From the IMG/VR virus record IMGVR_UViG_3300042197_004429, positions 64,001-128,000 of that record: a DNA stretch of 64,000 bases. One strand, 5' to 3'. How positions within the stretch are numbered: the stretch's first letter is position 1; each line of letters begins with the position of its first letter. Below the pieces are notes generated by a model. It saw nothing but the letters and a program-made list of their open reading frames with translations. It was not told the origin of the DNA and did no database searches. The position numbers and the translations under genes are program-made. Shown here piece by piece: positions 56,190 to 64,000 of the stretch. This DNA is from a virus.

Positions 56190-57941
56190 ATGGAAAACCA
56201 ACAAGATGTACAGGCACACATTGAAAGAGAAGTTCAAAGAAAAACAAGTAGGCTTCTCATACAACACAATGAAGAAATTTCTGAACTAAAAAAAATTATT
56301 GAACAGTGCAAATCGGATTTGGTTCGTCAACATAACATAATATCCAAATTATCGTCCGAGCCTCTTGTTTATGGCTATTTACTTAAAGTCCACAAGTTAG
56401 TGGACCCTGCTTGTTTTAAAAATAATGATGAAATTATTGTCGTTGATGAAAATAGTCCTCATTTTCAAAAAGGTGGCAAAGTTATTCTTTCTTCAAGTTG
56501 GGATAGCGTTGTTGATCCGGACGGTAGTGTTTTAGTTAGATTATTGGACAACACAGAGGAAAGATTTTTTATAGGTTCAAAACAAGGCCAACCTGCACAA
56601 ATTCGTTTAACACAAAAAGCCGATGGAACATATGCCGTTGTGCAAATTGATGGCAAGCCGTGGGAGATACAAGGCTTGCCTTTTTTAGATCTTTGCGTAG
56701 GCGACTCAGTAAAAGTAAAACCTGACAACAAAGCCATAGTTGATAAAGCAGAGGATTTGCCCGCTGGTCCAATTTGCGTTGTGTCAACCGTTTTAGATCA
56801 AAATATAGAAGTTTTATACAAGGGCGATAAATTTTTAGTTTTCAATCCTAAAAACTTTACTTTAGAAGAGGGCGATAGAGTCCTAACCGACTATAATCTC
56901 TTTTCTGTTACAAAAAAACTCGAAAAAGAAAATCATTCTAAATATAAAATTTCAGAAGATTTGAATGTGAGTTGGGACGATGTTGGTGGGTTAGAAGTTG
57001 CAAAACAAGAATTAAAGAGTGCTTTAGAGTTTCCTTTTCTTTATCCTGATCTCTTTAAGCATTACAACATGGAAGGTTTGCGAGGAGTATTATTATACGG
57101 TCCTCCAGGTTGTGGTAAGACTCTTCTCGCAAGAGTTTGTGCTCATTCGATTGCAAAAACTCACGGAAAACAAGCAATAGACTCAGCGTACATTTATGTG
57201 AAATCACCAGAAATTTTAGATAAATGGGTCGGCAATACCGAAAGAGAAATTCGTGAATTGTTTGAACGTGGCAGAAGGCATTATCGTGAACATGGCTATA
57301 AGGCTATTCTTGCAATTGATGAAGCGGATGCAATTATGCCTCAGCGTGGCACACGCAGAAGTAGCGACATAGCCGATACTATAGTGCCAATGTTTTTAGG
57401 AGAAATGGACGGCATTGATAGCGTTCAAACAAAAGAGAATCCAATTGTCGTTTTGATGACTAATCGTGCCGATGTGTTGGACCCCGCTATTACTCGTCCG
57501 GGAAGAATTAGCCGTCATATCAAAATTGATAGACCAAACGAGATTACATCAATTGATATATTAAAAATTCACTCCGTTGAAGTTCCTTTTTCCAAAGAAG
57601 AAGAGAAAGAAGCGATCCTGACCATAACAACAGCCGACGTTTTTTCTAAAAATCATATCTTGTATAGAGTTAACAATGAACATGATTTTACACTTGGAAA
57701 TTGTGTTAACGGAGCCATGTTGTCGAATATTTTAGAAATCGCTAAAATGAATGCGTTGCATAGAGATATTGAAAACAACACAACTACCGGCGTGGATTTA
57801 GAAGACTTTCGCTTGGCGGTTAAAAAAGTTTATCGTCAACAAAGAGGATTAAATCACTCCTATGACTTACAAGACTTTGCTGAAAGTTTAGGAATTCAAC
57901 ATCAAAACATGCAAATTGAACGTTGCTTTGGATCTTTTTAA
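56190..57941 (+). CDS. ARC/Mpa-like (proteasome-type) AAA+ ATPase
   Basis: N-terminal coiled coil and OB-like region; VSWDDVGGL; VLLYGPPGCGKT; KSPEILDKWVGNTEREIRELF; IDEAD; LGEMDG; TNRADVLDPAITRPGR; start set at ATG 56190. Confidence 0.85.
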   Translation: MENQQDVQAHIEREVQRKTSRLLIQHNEEISELKKIIEQCKSDLVRQHNIISKLSSEPLVYGYLLKVHKLVDPACFKNNDEIIVVDENSPHFQKGGKVILSSSWDSVVDPDGSVLVRLLDNTEERFFIGSKQGQPAQIRLTQKADGTYAVVQIDGKPWEIQGLPFLDLCVGDSVKVKPDNKAIVDKAEDLPAGPICVVSTVLDQNIEVLYKGDKFLVFNPKNFTLEEGDRVLTDYNLFSVTKKLEKENHSKYKISEDLNVSWDDVGGLEVAKQELKSALEFPFLYPDLFKHYNMEGLRGVLLYGPPGCGKTLLARVCAHSIAKTHGKQAIDSAYIYVKSPEILDKWVGNTEREIRELFERGRRHYREHGYKAILAIDEADAIMPQRGTRRSSDIADTIVPMFLGEMDGIDSVQTKENPIVVLMTNRADVLDPAITRPGRISRHIKIDRPNEITSIDILKIHSVEVPFSKEEEKEAILTITTADVFSKNHILYRVNNEHDFTLGNCVNGAMLSNILEIAKMNALHRDIENNTTTGVDLEDFRLAVKKVYRQQRGLNHSYDLQDFAESLGIQHQNMQIERCFGSF

Positions 57942-57959
57942 CAAGGAAAAATAAAAATT

Positions 57960-58460
57960 ATGGACGCTTTAACATCTAAATTTAACATTTACGATATTGA
58001 AACTTTGATAGAGGCTATGGGCGACTGGGAAATGATGGGCAACCATGATTTTCATGTGTTACAAATGATAAAAAATGCACCCATGCCACCAGAAGACTCA
58101 GAGGCTTTTGATGTTATGAATCAAATAAAAGAAGTTTTTCGTTCAAGAGAAAAAGATATTTTAGCTGGAAGAGCTATGAGGCAAGAAAAGGCAATATTTC
58201 TTAAAGCCAAACTGCTAATGGTTCGCAGCAAACTTACGAGCGGTCAACTTTTTGACATGGGCGAAAATAGTGATGTTGCGAATCAAATAAACACGAAAGA
58301 ATCAGCAAAGGCAATTGTCAAAAAGAATTTAGAAAAATCAAACTTAGAAAAGAAACTTGAACTAGCCGAATATTTCATAAAAGATCTTGGGGTTTGGGAT
58401 CATTTTCAAAAGTTTCTATCGGATAGTGCGGGGGCTTTAGATAAAAACAAGACTAAATGA
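57960..58460 (+). CDS. Hypothetical helical protein
   Basis: 166-aa ORF with AAGGA RBS, co-oriented. Confidence 0.65.
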   Translation: MDALTSKFNIYDIETLIEAMGDWEMMGNHDFHVLQMIKNAPMPPEDSEAFDVMNQIKEVFRSREKDILAGRAMRQEKAIFLKAKLLMVRSKLTSGQLFDMGENSDVANQINTKESAKAIVKKNLEKSNLEKKLELAEYFIKDLGVWDHFQKFLSDSAGALDKNKTK

Positions 58461-59419
58461 AAAATGTAAATATATTTCAAGGCGATTGTATTGATATTGA
58501 CAAGAGAATCGCAAGCGAATCCGTTGATTTGGGAATTTTTGATCCCCCCTTTGGTTTGGGTGAGTCTACGTTTGATAAGCATTATAAACGAGACGAAAAT
58601 AATGTAATCGACGGATATAGAGAGGCACCCGAAGATTATGAAAAATGGACCTTTGATTGGCTATCAGAGGCGTGTCGTGTTTTGAAATCAAATGGTTCCA
58701 TGTACGTTTTCATGGGACACACCAATCTTCGACATCTTCTAAACGCTGCTCATAAGTTGAATCTTTTTGAGATTAACCATTTAATATGGAAATATAATTT
58801 TGGGGTTTACACAAATAAAAAATTTGTGACATCTCATTATCATGTTCTTTATTATAAGAAGTCTAAAAAATCTCAAGTTAAATTTAACACCTTCTGTAGA
58901 TTTGGCTCTCAAGAGAAAGACGATAAGAACGGATCTTTATTATATCAAGATTTAGAGGATGTGTTTTTTGTAAATCGTGAATATGCTTTTGGAGAGAAAA
59001 AAAATCAAAATAAGTTACCTGAAGAGGTGATTAGAAAATTAATATTGTATTCTTCAAATGAAAATGATCTTGTTTGTGATTTCTTTATGGGCAACTTCAC
59101 CACGGCTTTTGTGGCAAAAAAACTTGGCAGAAAGGTGACTGGATATGAGATTAATAAAAACTCTTATGAACTCAATATGCCCAAGTTAGAAACGGTTGAA
59201 TACGGTTGTGATTTGAAGAAATTAAAAAAGGTTGAAAATTTAAAACCTTTAAATCAAGGGAAAAAAATATCAAAAGAAGAAATTGATTCTATAAAAAAAG
59301 ATTATCTTTCGATGTTAGAAGAAGGATATAAAAAAGGTAATATTCATTTAGAATTACAAAAAAAATATGGGCGAGGTCGTTTTTCAATAAAAAATATTAT
59401 TGATAAATGTTTGTTTTAA
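58457..59419 (+). CDS. N6-adenine/N4-cytosine DNA methyltransferase (beta class) with C-terminal extension
   Basis: FQGDC, DPPF (motif IV) before DFFMGNFTT (motif I variant), IWKY, GYEI. Confidence 0.85.
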   Translation: MKNVNIFQGDCIDIDKRIASESVDLGIFDPPFGLGESTFDKHYKRDENNVIDGYREAPEDYEKWTFDWLSEACRVLKSNGSMYVFMGHTNLRHLLNAAHKLNLFEINHLIWKYNFGVYTNKKFVTSHYHVLYYKKSKKSQVKFNTFCRFGSQEKDDKNGSLLYQDLEDVFFVNREYAFGEKKNQNKLPEEVIRKLILYSSNENDLVCDFFMGNFTTAFVAKKLGRKVTGYEINKNSYELNMPKLETVEYGCDLKKLKKVENLKPLNQGKKISKEEIDSIKKDYLSMLEEGYKKGNIHLELQKKYGRGRFSIKNIIDKCLF

Positions 59420-59457
59420 CCACCAAATACTAAATATATTGTTTAGTATTTGGTGGT
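59419..59457 (+). promoter_or_regulatory. 16-bp inverted repeat containing a late-promoter-like box and the RBS of the next gene
   Basis: ACCACCAAATACTAAA-TATATTG-TTTAGTATTTGGTGGT; CTAAATA at 59430-59436; GGTGG 7 nt before ATG 59463. Confidence 0.6.
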
Positions 59458-59462
59458 AATAG

Positions 59463-60125
59463 ATGCCTTGTTGGAAGCCAGTTATAACAATCTCATGGAA
59501 ATTTGATTCTCTTGAATCTTATCAAAATTGTTTAAAAAAAGTTAAATCTCAAATAGATGAGATCATAGACACTGACCCTCATGGTCAAGATTTTGAAGAT
59601 TTTTCTATACAAGTAGATCTTGTCAAAATGAAAGATCGCAAAAAGTTAATTCACGTACAAAAATATGACCCGGATGAAATTTTTTCTTTAGTCACACAAG
59701 AAGATGAGAAAAAAGAATTTATTGTTGGAGAAAAAAGTTATTTTGTTCGAATGAATTCAAGTCGTTATCACGTTTTCAAATCTAACAAAAGTTGTGTGTC
59801 TTGTGGTTTACAAGGCAAATATATGATATTAGACATTAATCCAGGCGATATGTGTCCTCACTTTAATTTTTACGCTGAAGAAAATGGGAGACTTGTCTTG
59901 ATGACAAAAGATCACATAATTGCCAAATCCAAAGGCGGAACCAACGACCTGTCTAACTTTCAAACTTGCTGTGCTATTTGTAATAATTTAAAGGCTGATT
60001 ACGATTTAAGTTATGAAAAAGTCAAGGAATTAAGAAAAATTTATAAAAATGACGATAAACTTTCCAAAAAAGAACTTCGTGATTTATTAAATAAAACAAG
60101 AGAAAATATGGTTCCAAAAAATTAA
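59463..60125 (+). CDS. HNH endonuclease
   Basis: CVSCG, MTKDHIIAKSKGG.N...N.QTCCAICNNLK. Confidence 0.85.
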   Translation: MPCWKPVITISWKFDSLESYQNCLKKVKSQIDEIIDTDPHGQDFEDFSIQVDLVKMKDRKKLIHVQKYDPDEIFSLVTQEDEKKEFIVGEKSYFVRMNSSRYHVFKSNKSCVSCGLQGKYMILDINPGDMCPHFNFYAEENGRLVLMTKDHIIAKSKGGTNDLSNFQTCCAICNNLKADYDLSYEKVKELRKIYKNDDKLSKKELRDLLNKTRENMVPKN

Positions 60126-60128
60126 TTT

Positions 60129-60833
60129 TTACAAAAACTTAAATCTTGATTTTTGATCATCATAGTGGTTGTATTTTAAGTAATTTGATATCACAAAAGC
60201 CAGCACAGTACCCATGTTTGATGCTTCTTCCTTATTTTTTCTAAATTTATAAGGTATTTCTAGTTGCATTGATTGAACCATGGCATCATTGCTATGTTTT
60301 CTAAAATATTGATTTAAGTTGTTTGTATCTCTACCGGCATATTTGCCACCACCCTTTCCTTCAAATACACTTTTTTTAACAACATTTTCAAAACAATCAC
60401 AAAATAAATTTTTCCTCCATAATTGACAAGTGAGACTATCTTTTTTTATCCCCAATCCATAACCTACCACCATAGCAACTTCTTCACCGGCTCTTTTGTG
60501 AACTATGTCACCACACCCATGAATATAAAAAATATTTAATTCACTTATTTTGTGCCATTTATGAACAATTTTATTTTTTAATTTAATTATTGGCCTAAGA
60601 AACTCTTCGTAAACTACGTCTTGTTTGCAGTGATCAATTCTATTGCAGTTCGCTTTATCGTTGTTGACATCAACCAACTCTGATCTTTCAAAGCCCCTAT
60701 TTATAACGGCATAACAATTTAGTTCTTTTGCGGCTTGTTCAGCAATAATGTCTGTGTTGGTGTCATCTGCACCATGGGGTGCAACCAACATTACATTTTT
60801 TTTACCCAAGATTATAGACACACGTTCTTTCAT
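60129..60833 (-). CDS. N-formylglutamate amidohydrolase-like zinc hydrolase
   Basis: LVAPHG.DD.NT, DCNR-like ANCNR, FYIHG, SMQLEIP. Confidence 0.5.
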   Translation of the reverse strand: MKERVSIILGKKNVMLVAPHGADDTNTDIIAEQAAKELNCYAVINRGFERSELVDVNNDKANCNRIDHCKQDVVYEEFLRPIIKLKNKIVHKWHKISELNIFYIHGCGDIVHKRAGEEVAMVVGYGLGIKKDSLTCQLWRKNLFCDCFENVVKKSVFEGKGGGKYAGRDTNNLNQYFRKHSNDAMVQSMQLEIPYKFRKNKEEASNMGTVLAFVISNYLKYNHYDDQKSRFKFL

Positions 60834-61543
60834 AAATGAATTTTTCTCTTTTTGTTTTTAAAAATGTTAAAAGCTTCATGATTCTTTGTTCTGTTTAAGC
60901 CTATGAAATGATAACCTTTTCCTTCGCACAATGTATATTCGCAATTTGTTATTGATTCTTTAGGTATTATAATATAATTCTTATTATCCAAAAGTGCAAG
61001 AGCGACTAATCCTTGTTCGTCAAAAGTTTCATTTTTGTCATGCTCATATAGCGCATTTTTTTCCCATTTTTCCCCAACGTAAAATTTTATGTATTTTTCG
61101 AAATCGAAATTTGGAGGCATACCATAAACCCCACTGTTTATACAAAATTTTGGAGGAACATGATTTTCAAATCTCCCGTAAGTTCTCCCTAAATCTTCTA
61201 ACAACAAAGTGAAATTATCTTTTTCAAGAAAATCATCTATTTGCTCTATCCTGTCAGTCAGAATTATGTCATTGTCTATTGATATTTCGTGTCTTTTTGA
61301 ATCTAATCTTGGTGGGTATAGTTTCCAAGCAACACCCGTTGCTTCTGGCATTCCATTGATTTTTTTTTGTTGTTCTACTAAATTAAATTTTTTCACTTGT
61401 TGTGGAAGTTGATCTAATTCACAATTATAGCAAATAAACACATCGGCTTGGTAATACTTTAAAAATGAATTGATTGATTCTATCAAACATTCATATCCGT
61501 CTTTGCTTGTTTTTCCAATTGTCCACTTTGCTAAAGGTCTCAT
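60830..61543 (-). CDS. GT-A (GT8-like) protein; paralog of 27851-28651
   Basis: WKLYPPRL, HEISIDNDII, NSGVYGMPP, DEQGL, HFIG.NR. Confidence 0.55.
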   Translation of the reverse strand: MRPLAKWTIGKTSKDGYECLIESINSFLKYYQADVFICYNCELDQLPQQVKKFNLVEQQKKINGMPEATGVAWKLYPPRLDSKRHEISIDNDIILTDRIEQIDDFLEKDNFTLLLEDLGRTYGRFENHVPPKFCINSGVYGMPPNFDFEKYIKFYVGEKWEKNALYEHDKNETFDEQGLVALALLDNKNYIIIPKESITNCEYTLCEGKGYHFIGLNRTKNHEAFNIFKNKKRKIHL

Positions 61544-61870
61544 AAAAAAATTATTAATTATAGATAAATAATTCTAACAAAAAAGGTATTTTTGAAAAAC
61601 AAATCAAATATTATTGATTTAAGCGACTGCAATAAGATAGTTGTTTCCAAAATTATTCTATCTGTTGTGGGTTATTTTGAGTCTCAAGGAAAGAAAGTAA
61701 GTCTCAAAAAGAAACCACAAAAAACCCATAAAATCCTAACTGTACAAAAAACCACTTGACATAGTGCGTATAATGTATTGGTGGCCCAAAAATACACAGC
61801 CCCATAGCCCGCCCATAATTTTTTTGATACCAACTAGAGCGGCGTACCCCACCAACCGGAGAAACCGAAG

Positions 61871-63376
61871 ATGTCTGAGTGGTTTAGTGCCCATAAGGAT
61901 GGATTGCGTCAAATTGCGGAACGTTTAGTTGAACGCCGTGGATTCGGCATTGTAGGAGGAGAACTCTATCAGAACGTGATGGACACTAACGCAACCTCTT
62001 GCGTTATCACTCTGAATAAACTCGCTGGTCGTCCACTGGCTGAGTTGAGCGTTGAAGATAATGATCCTAATGGCTTTCCTGATTTGGCCCACGCCTGGAC
62101 TGTTTTTGCTCCTTCCTTGAAAAAGAGTGATCCTACTAAGGCTGGAAGATTTAATGTTGGCGAGAAAATGGTTCTTGCTTTTTGCAAAGAAGCCAAAATT
62201 CACACAACCAAAGGTCTTGTAGAGTTTAATCAAGAAGGTAGAAAAGAATATACTCGCAGGAAGAGAGAAGTCGGAACTGAATTTTGGGCTTTGATTGAGT
62301 GTAATCAAGAGCGTTATGATCAATTTATTGATTACATGAGAAAAATTATTGTTAGGCCAGGATTGACTTTGACGGTTAATGGAGAAATAATTCAATCTCG
62401 TGTCCCGCTCACTAAATTTGTTGAAAAACTACCCACAGAAATCGCTGGCGAGGATGGCATTCTTAGAAAATCAATACGCCAGACAGAACTTCAAATTTAT
62501 GAAGCATTGCCGGGAGAAGAGCCGTACTTGTATGAAATGGGAATTCCGGTGGTGGAAACCGGAGACAAGTGGCACTATAATGTTTTGCAAAAAGTTCCTT
62601 TGAATGTTGATAGGGATAACGTCACTCCTTCTTACCTAAGAAACTTGCGTGTTGTTGTTTTCAACAATATGCATGAAAAAATTGAAGAAAATGACGTTAC
62701 TTCTTCTTGGGTCAACGAAGCAGCAGATGATAAAAATTGCCTACCGGATGCTGTAGAAACTTTTCGTGTAAAGAGATACGGCGAGAAATCAGTTGCTTTT
62801 GATCCAACCAACCAAGAAGCAAATGCCGAGGCTGTGGCTCATGGCTATACTTTAATACCACCTAGGGGATTAAGTTCCGGTCAAAGAAAAAATCTTTACT
62901 CAGCAGGAACCCTGGTTTCTAGTAGTGATGCTTTTCCCTTGGCTGGCAAGGGTGCGTATAGCGATGATCCAAATGCAACGCCTGTTGAGGTCATCGAAAA
63001 AGATAAATGGACAGACGGAATGTGTTTGATCCACGAATATACAACAGAAGTTGCAAAAAGATTGCTGGGCAAGAAAGTAGATGTGAGATTCGTTAATTGT
63101 TCACGATACGCTTACAAGCCCTGGAGTGCGTGTTTTGCCAGAGGGCATTTGTTGTCAACTAGTTATTTTGATTACAACATTCACGCTCTAGGCAAAAAAT
63201 GGTTTTCAACAGGAGTTAATGAAAGCGTTGATGATTTAATTTTACACGAACTTGCTCATGAGTTTGAGTCTAATCACTTATCGGAAGATTATTATAAGGC
63301 TTGTACAAAACTAGGTGCCAGACTAAAGGCAGAGGTTTTGAGAGATTTTGATTGGTTTTTGAAGTTTGTTAAATAA
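61871..63376 (+). CDS. GHKL (HSP90/MORC-like) ATPase with C-terminal HExxH zincin-like motif
   Basis: ELYQNVMD, VEDND..GF, GRFNVGEK (GHKL motifs); LILHELAH; GGAG RBS. Confidence 0.75.
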   Translation: MSEWFSAHKDGLRQIAERLVERRGFGIVGGELYQNVMDTNATSCVITLNKLAGRPLAELSVEDNDPNGFPDLAHAWTVFAPSLKKSDPTKAGRFNVGEKMVLAFCKEAKIHTTKGLVEFNQEGRKEYTRRKREVGTEFWALIECNQERYDQFIDYMRKIIVRPGLTLTVNGEIIQSRVPLTKFVEKLPTEIAGEDGILRKSIRQTELQIYEALPGEEPYLYEMGIPVVETGDKWHYNVLQKVPLNVDRDNVTPSYLRNLRVVVFNNMHEKIEENDVTSSWVNEAADDKNCLPDAVETFRVKRYGEKSVAFDPTNQEANAEAVAHGYTLIPPRGLSSGQRKNLYSAGTLVSSSDAFPLAGKGAYSDDPNATPVEVIEKDKWTDGMCLIHEYTTEVAKRLLGKKVDVRFVNCSRYAYKPWSACFARGHLLSTSYFDYNIHALGKKWFSTGVNESVDDLILHELAHEFESNHLSEDYYKACTKLGARLKAEVLRDFDWFLKFVK

Positions 63377-63405
63377 TTCTTTTTCATTTTTCAAAGAAAG
63401 AAAAC

Positions 63406-64000
63406 ATGAATACTTTTGAGCATTATGCGCCCACAAAGTTATCTAAAGAAGAAAAAACTGAAATTGAAAACAAAATGAAAGAGGCTTTCTTTTGCTTCGA
63501 ATCTGTAGCGAAAGAAAAGTATGGGTTTCCGAATGTTAAAAAACTTAGAAATGATTACAAAAAAGGTTTGATCGATCTTTGTGGCGAAGCGAAAGAACTT
63601 ATGGAGTGGATGATTGCCAACGAACAAAGAATCATTGCTGGCTATATCAAAATGGTCAAGAAAATGGGTTTAACTCCAAGTTATCGAAGCAAAAGAAGAG
63701 GAGTTTCTTATAGCGACTATCTCCAAGAAGCCTGTTGTGCAATTTATGATGCGATGTATTTGTATAACGGAAAAAGTAAGTTCTCCACATATTGCTTTTG
63801 GTTAATCAAGAACAATATCATTAATTACAACAGATCCCAAGAAAGACAGGATGTTGTAGAGTATCATATTGATGAGATCAAACAACAGGTGTTCGATCTT
63901 CAAAGTCAAGGAATTACTGTTGAGAAGGCTGTTTCAAAATTATCCTCAACAGACGAATCTGTGTTTGGAACAATTCAGAAAGTTCAGTCCTCGCTTTTGG
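63406..64000 (+). CDS. Sigma70-family RNA polymerase sigma factor, 3'-truncated (not in ORF track)
   Basis: Open frame from ATG 63406 to window end; SDYLQEACCAIYDAMYLYNGKSKFSTYCFWLIKNNI matches region 2 (DLxQE...KFSTYAxWWI). Confidence 0.8.
   Translation, partial: MNTFEHYAPTKLSKEEKTEIENKMKEAFFCFESVAKEKYGFPNVKKLRNDYKKGLIDLCGEAKELMEWMIANEQRIIAGYIKMVKKMGLTPSYRSKRRGVSYSDYLQEACCAIYDAMYLYNGKSKFSTYCFWLIKNNIINYNRSQERQDVVEYHIDEIKQQVFDLQSQGITVEKAVSKLSSTDESVFGTIQKVQSSLL

Noticed and set aside
56190-57941. Complete Pup-proteasome system
   Set aside because: No Pup, PafA, Dop or 20S genes in the window and no clear HbYX tail
61756-61774. TTGACA and TATAAT as one sigma70 promoter
   Set aside because: The hexamers are only 7 nt apart; a promoter is likely in this region but cannot be defined from these two
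1236-63627. Numerous 60-155 aa ORFs in the track antisense to or nested in larger genes
   Set aside because: Shadow frames of well-supported genes with no motifs or RBS
1-64000. CRISPR array or long tandem repeat array
   Set aside because: No regularly spaced direct repeats seen by eye; intergenic gaps are too short
1-64000. Alternative genetic code (stop-codon reassignment)
   Set aside because: Known families translate full length under the standard code, and TAA, TAG and TGA all terminate conserved genes at expected positions

Overview
AT-rich, densely coding 64 kb segment that reads best as part of a large or jumbo tailed bacteriophage genome. This is an inference: no capsid or terminase gene is in the window. 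It rests on T4-like N-terminal motifs, (C/A)TAAATA boxes just upstream of starts, sigma70-type promoters, homing endonucleases and host-like auxiliary genes (cca, prs, clpX, csrA, an ARC/Mpa-like AAA ATPase, a sigma factor). About half of the window is a glycan-decoration island with roughly 17 glycosyltransferase-like genes, 3 sulfotransferases, 3 carbamoyltransferases, several methyltransferases, WbqC/DegT/acetyltransferase genes and 4 radical SAM paralogs with an expanded cysteine motif. Mobile DNA comprises an intact IS607 element (TnpA plus TnpB) with a reconstructable empty site, and a homing-endonuclease cassette that duplicated the 3' end of prs. The strongest novelty candidates are: (1) a promoter-to-terminator ~150-nt RNA with two adjacent hairpins whose loops are exactly complementary; (2) a domain-permuted HD-CCA tRNA repair enzyme carrying capsid-targeting-like peptides; (3) N-terminal-SPASM radical SAM enzymes with CX12-14CX2C alternating with carbamoyltransferases; (4) a ~55-nt T-loop minihelix RNA ahead of the ARC-like ATPase. 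All family calls come from motif recognition by eye; no searches or folding programs were run.
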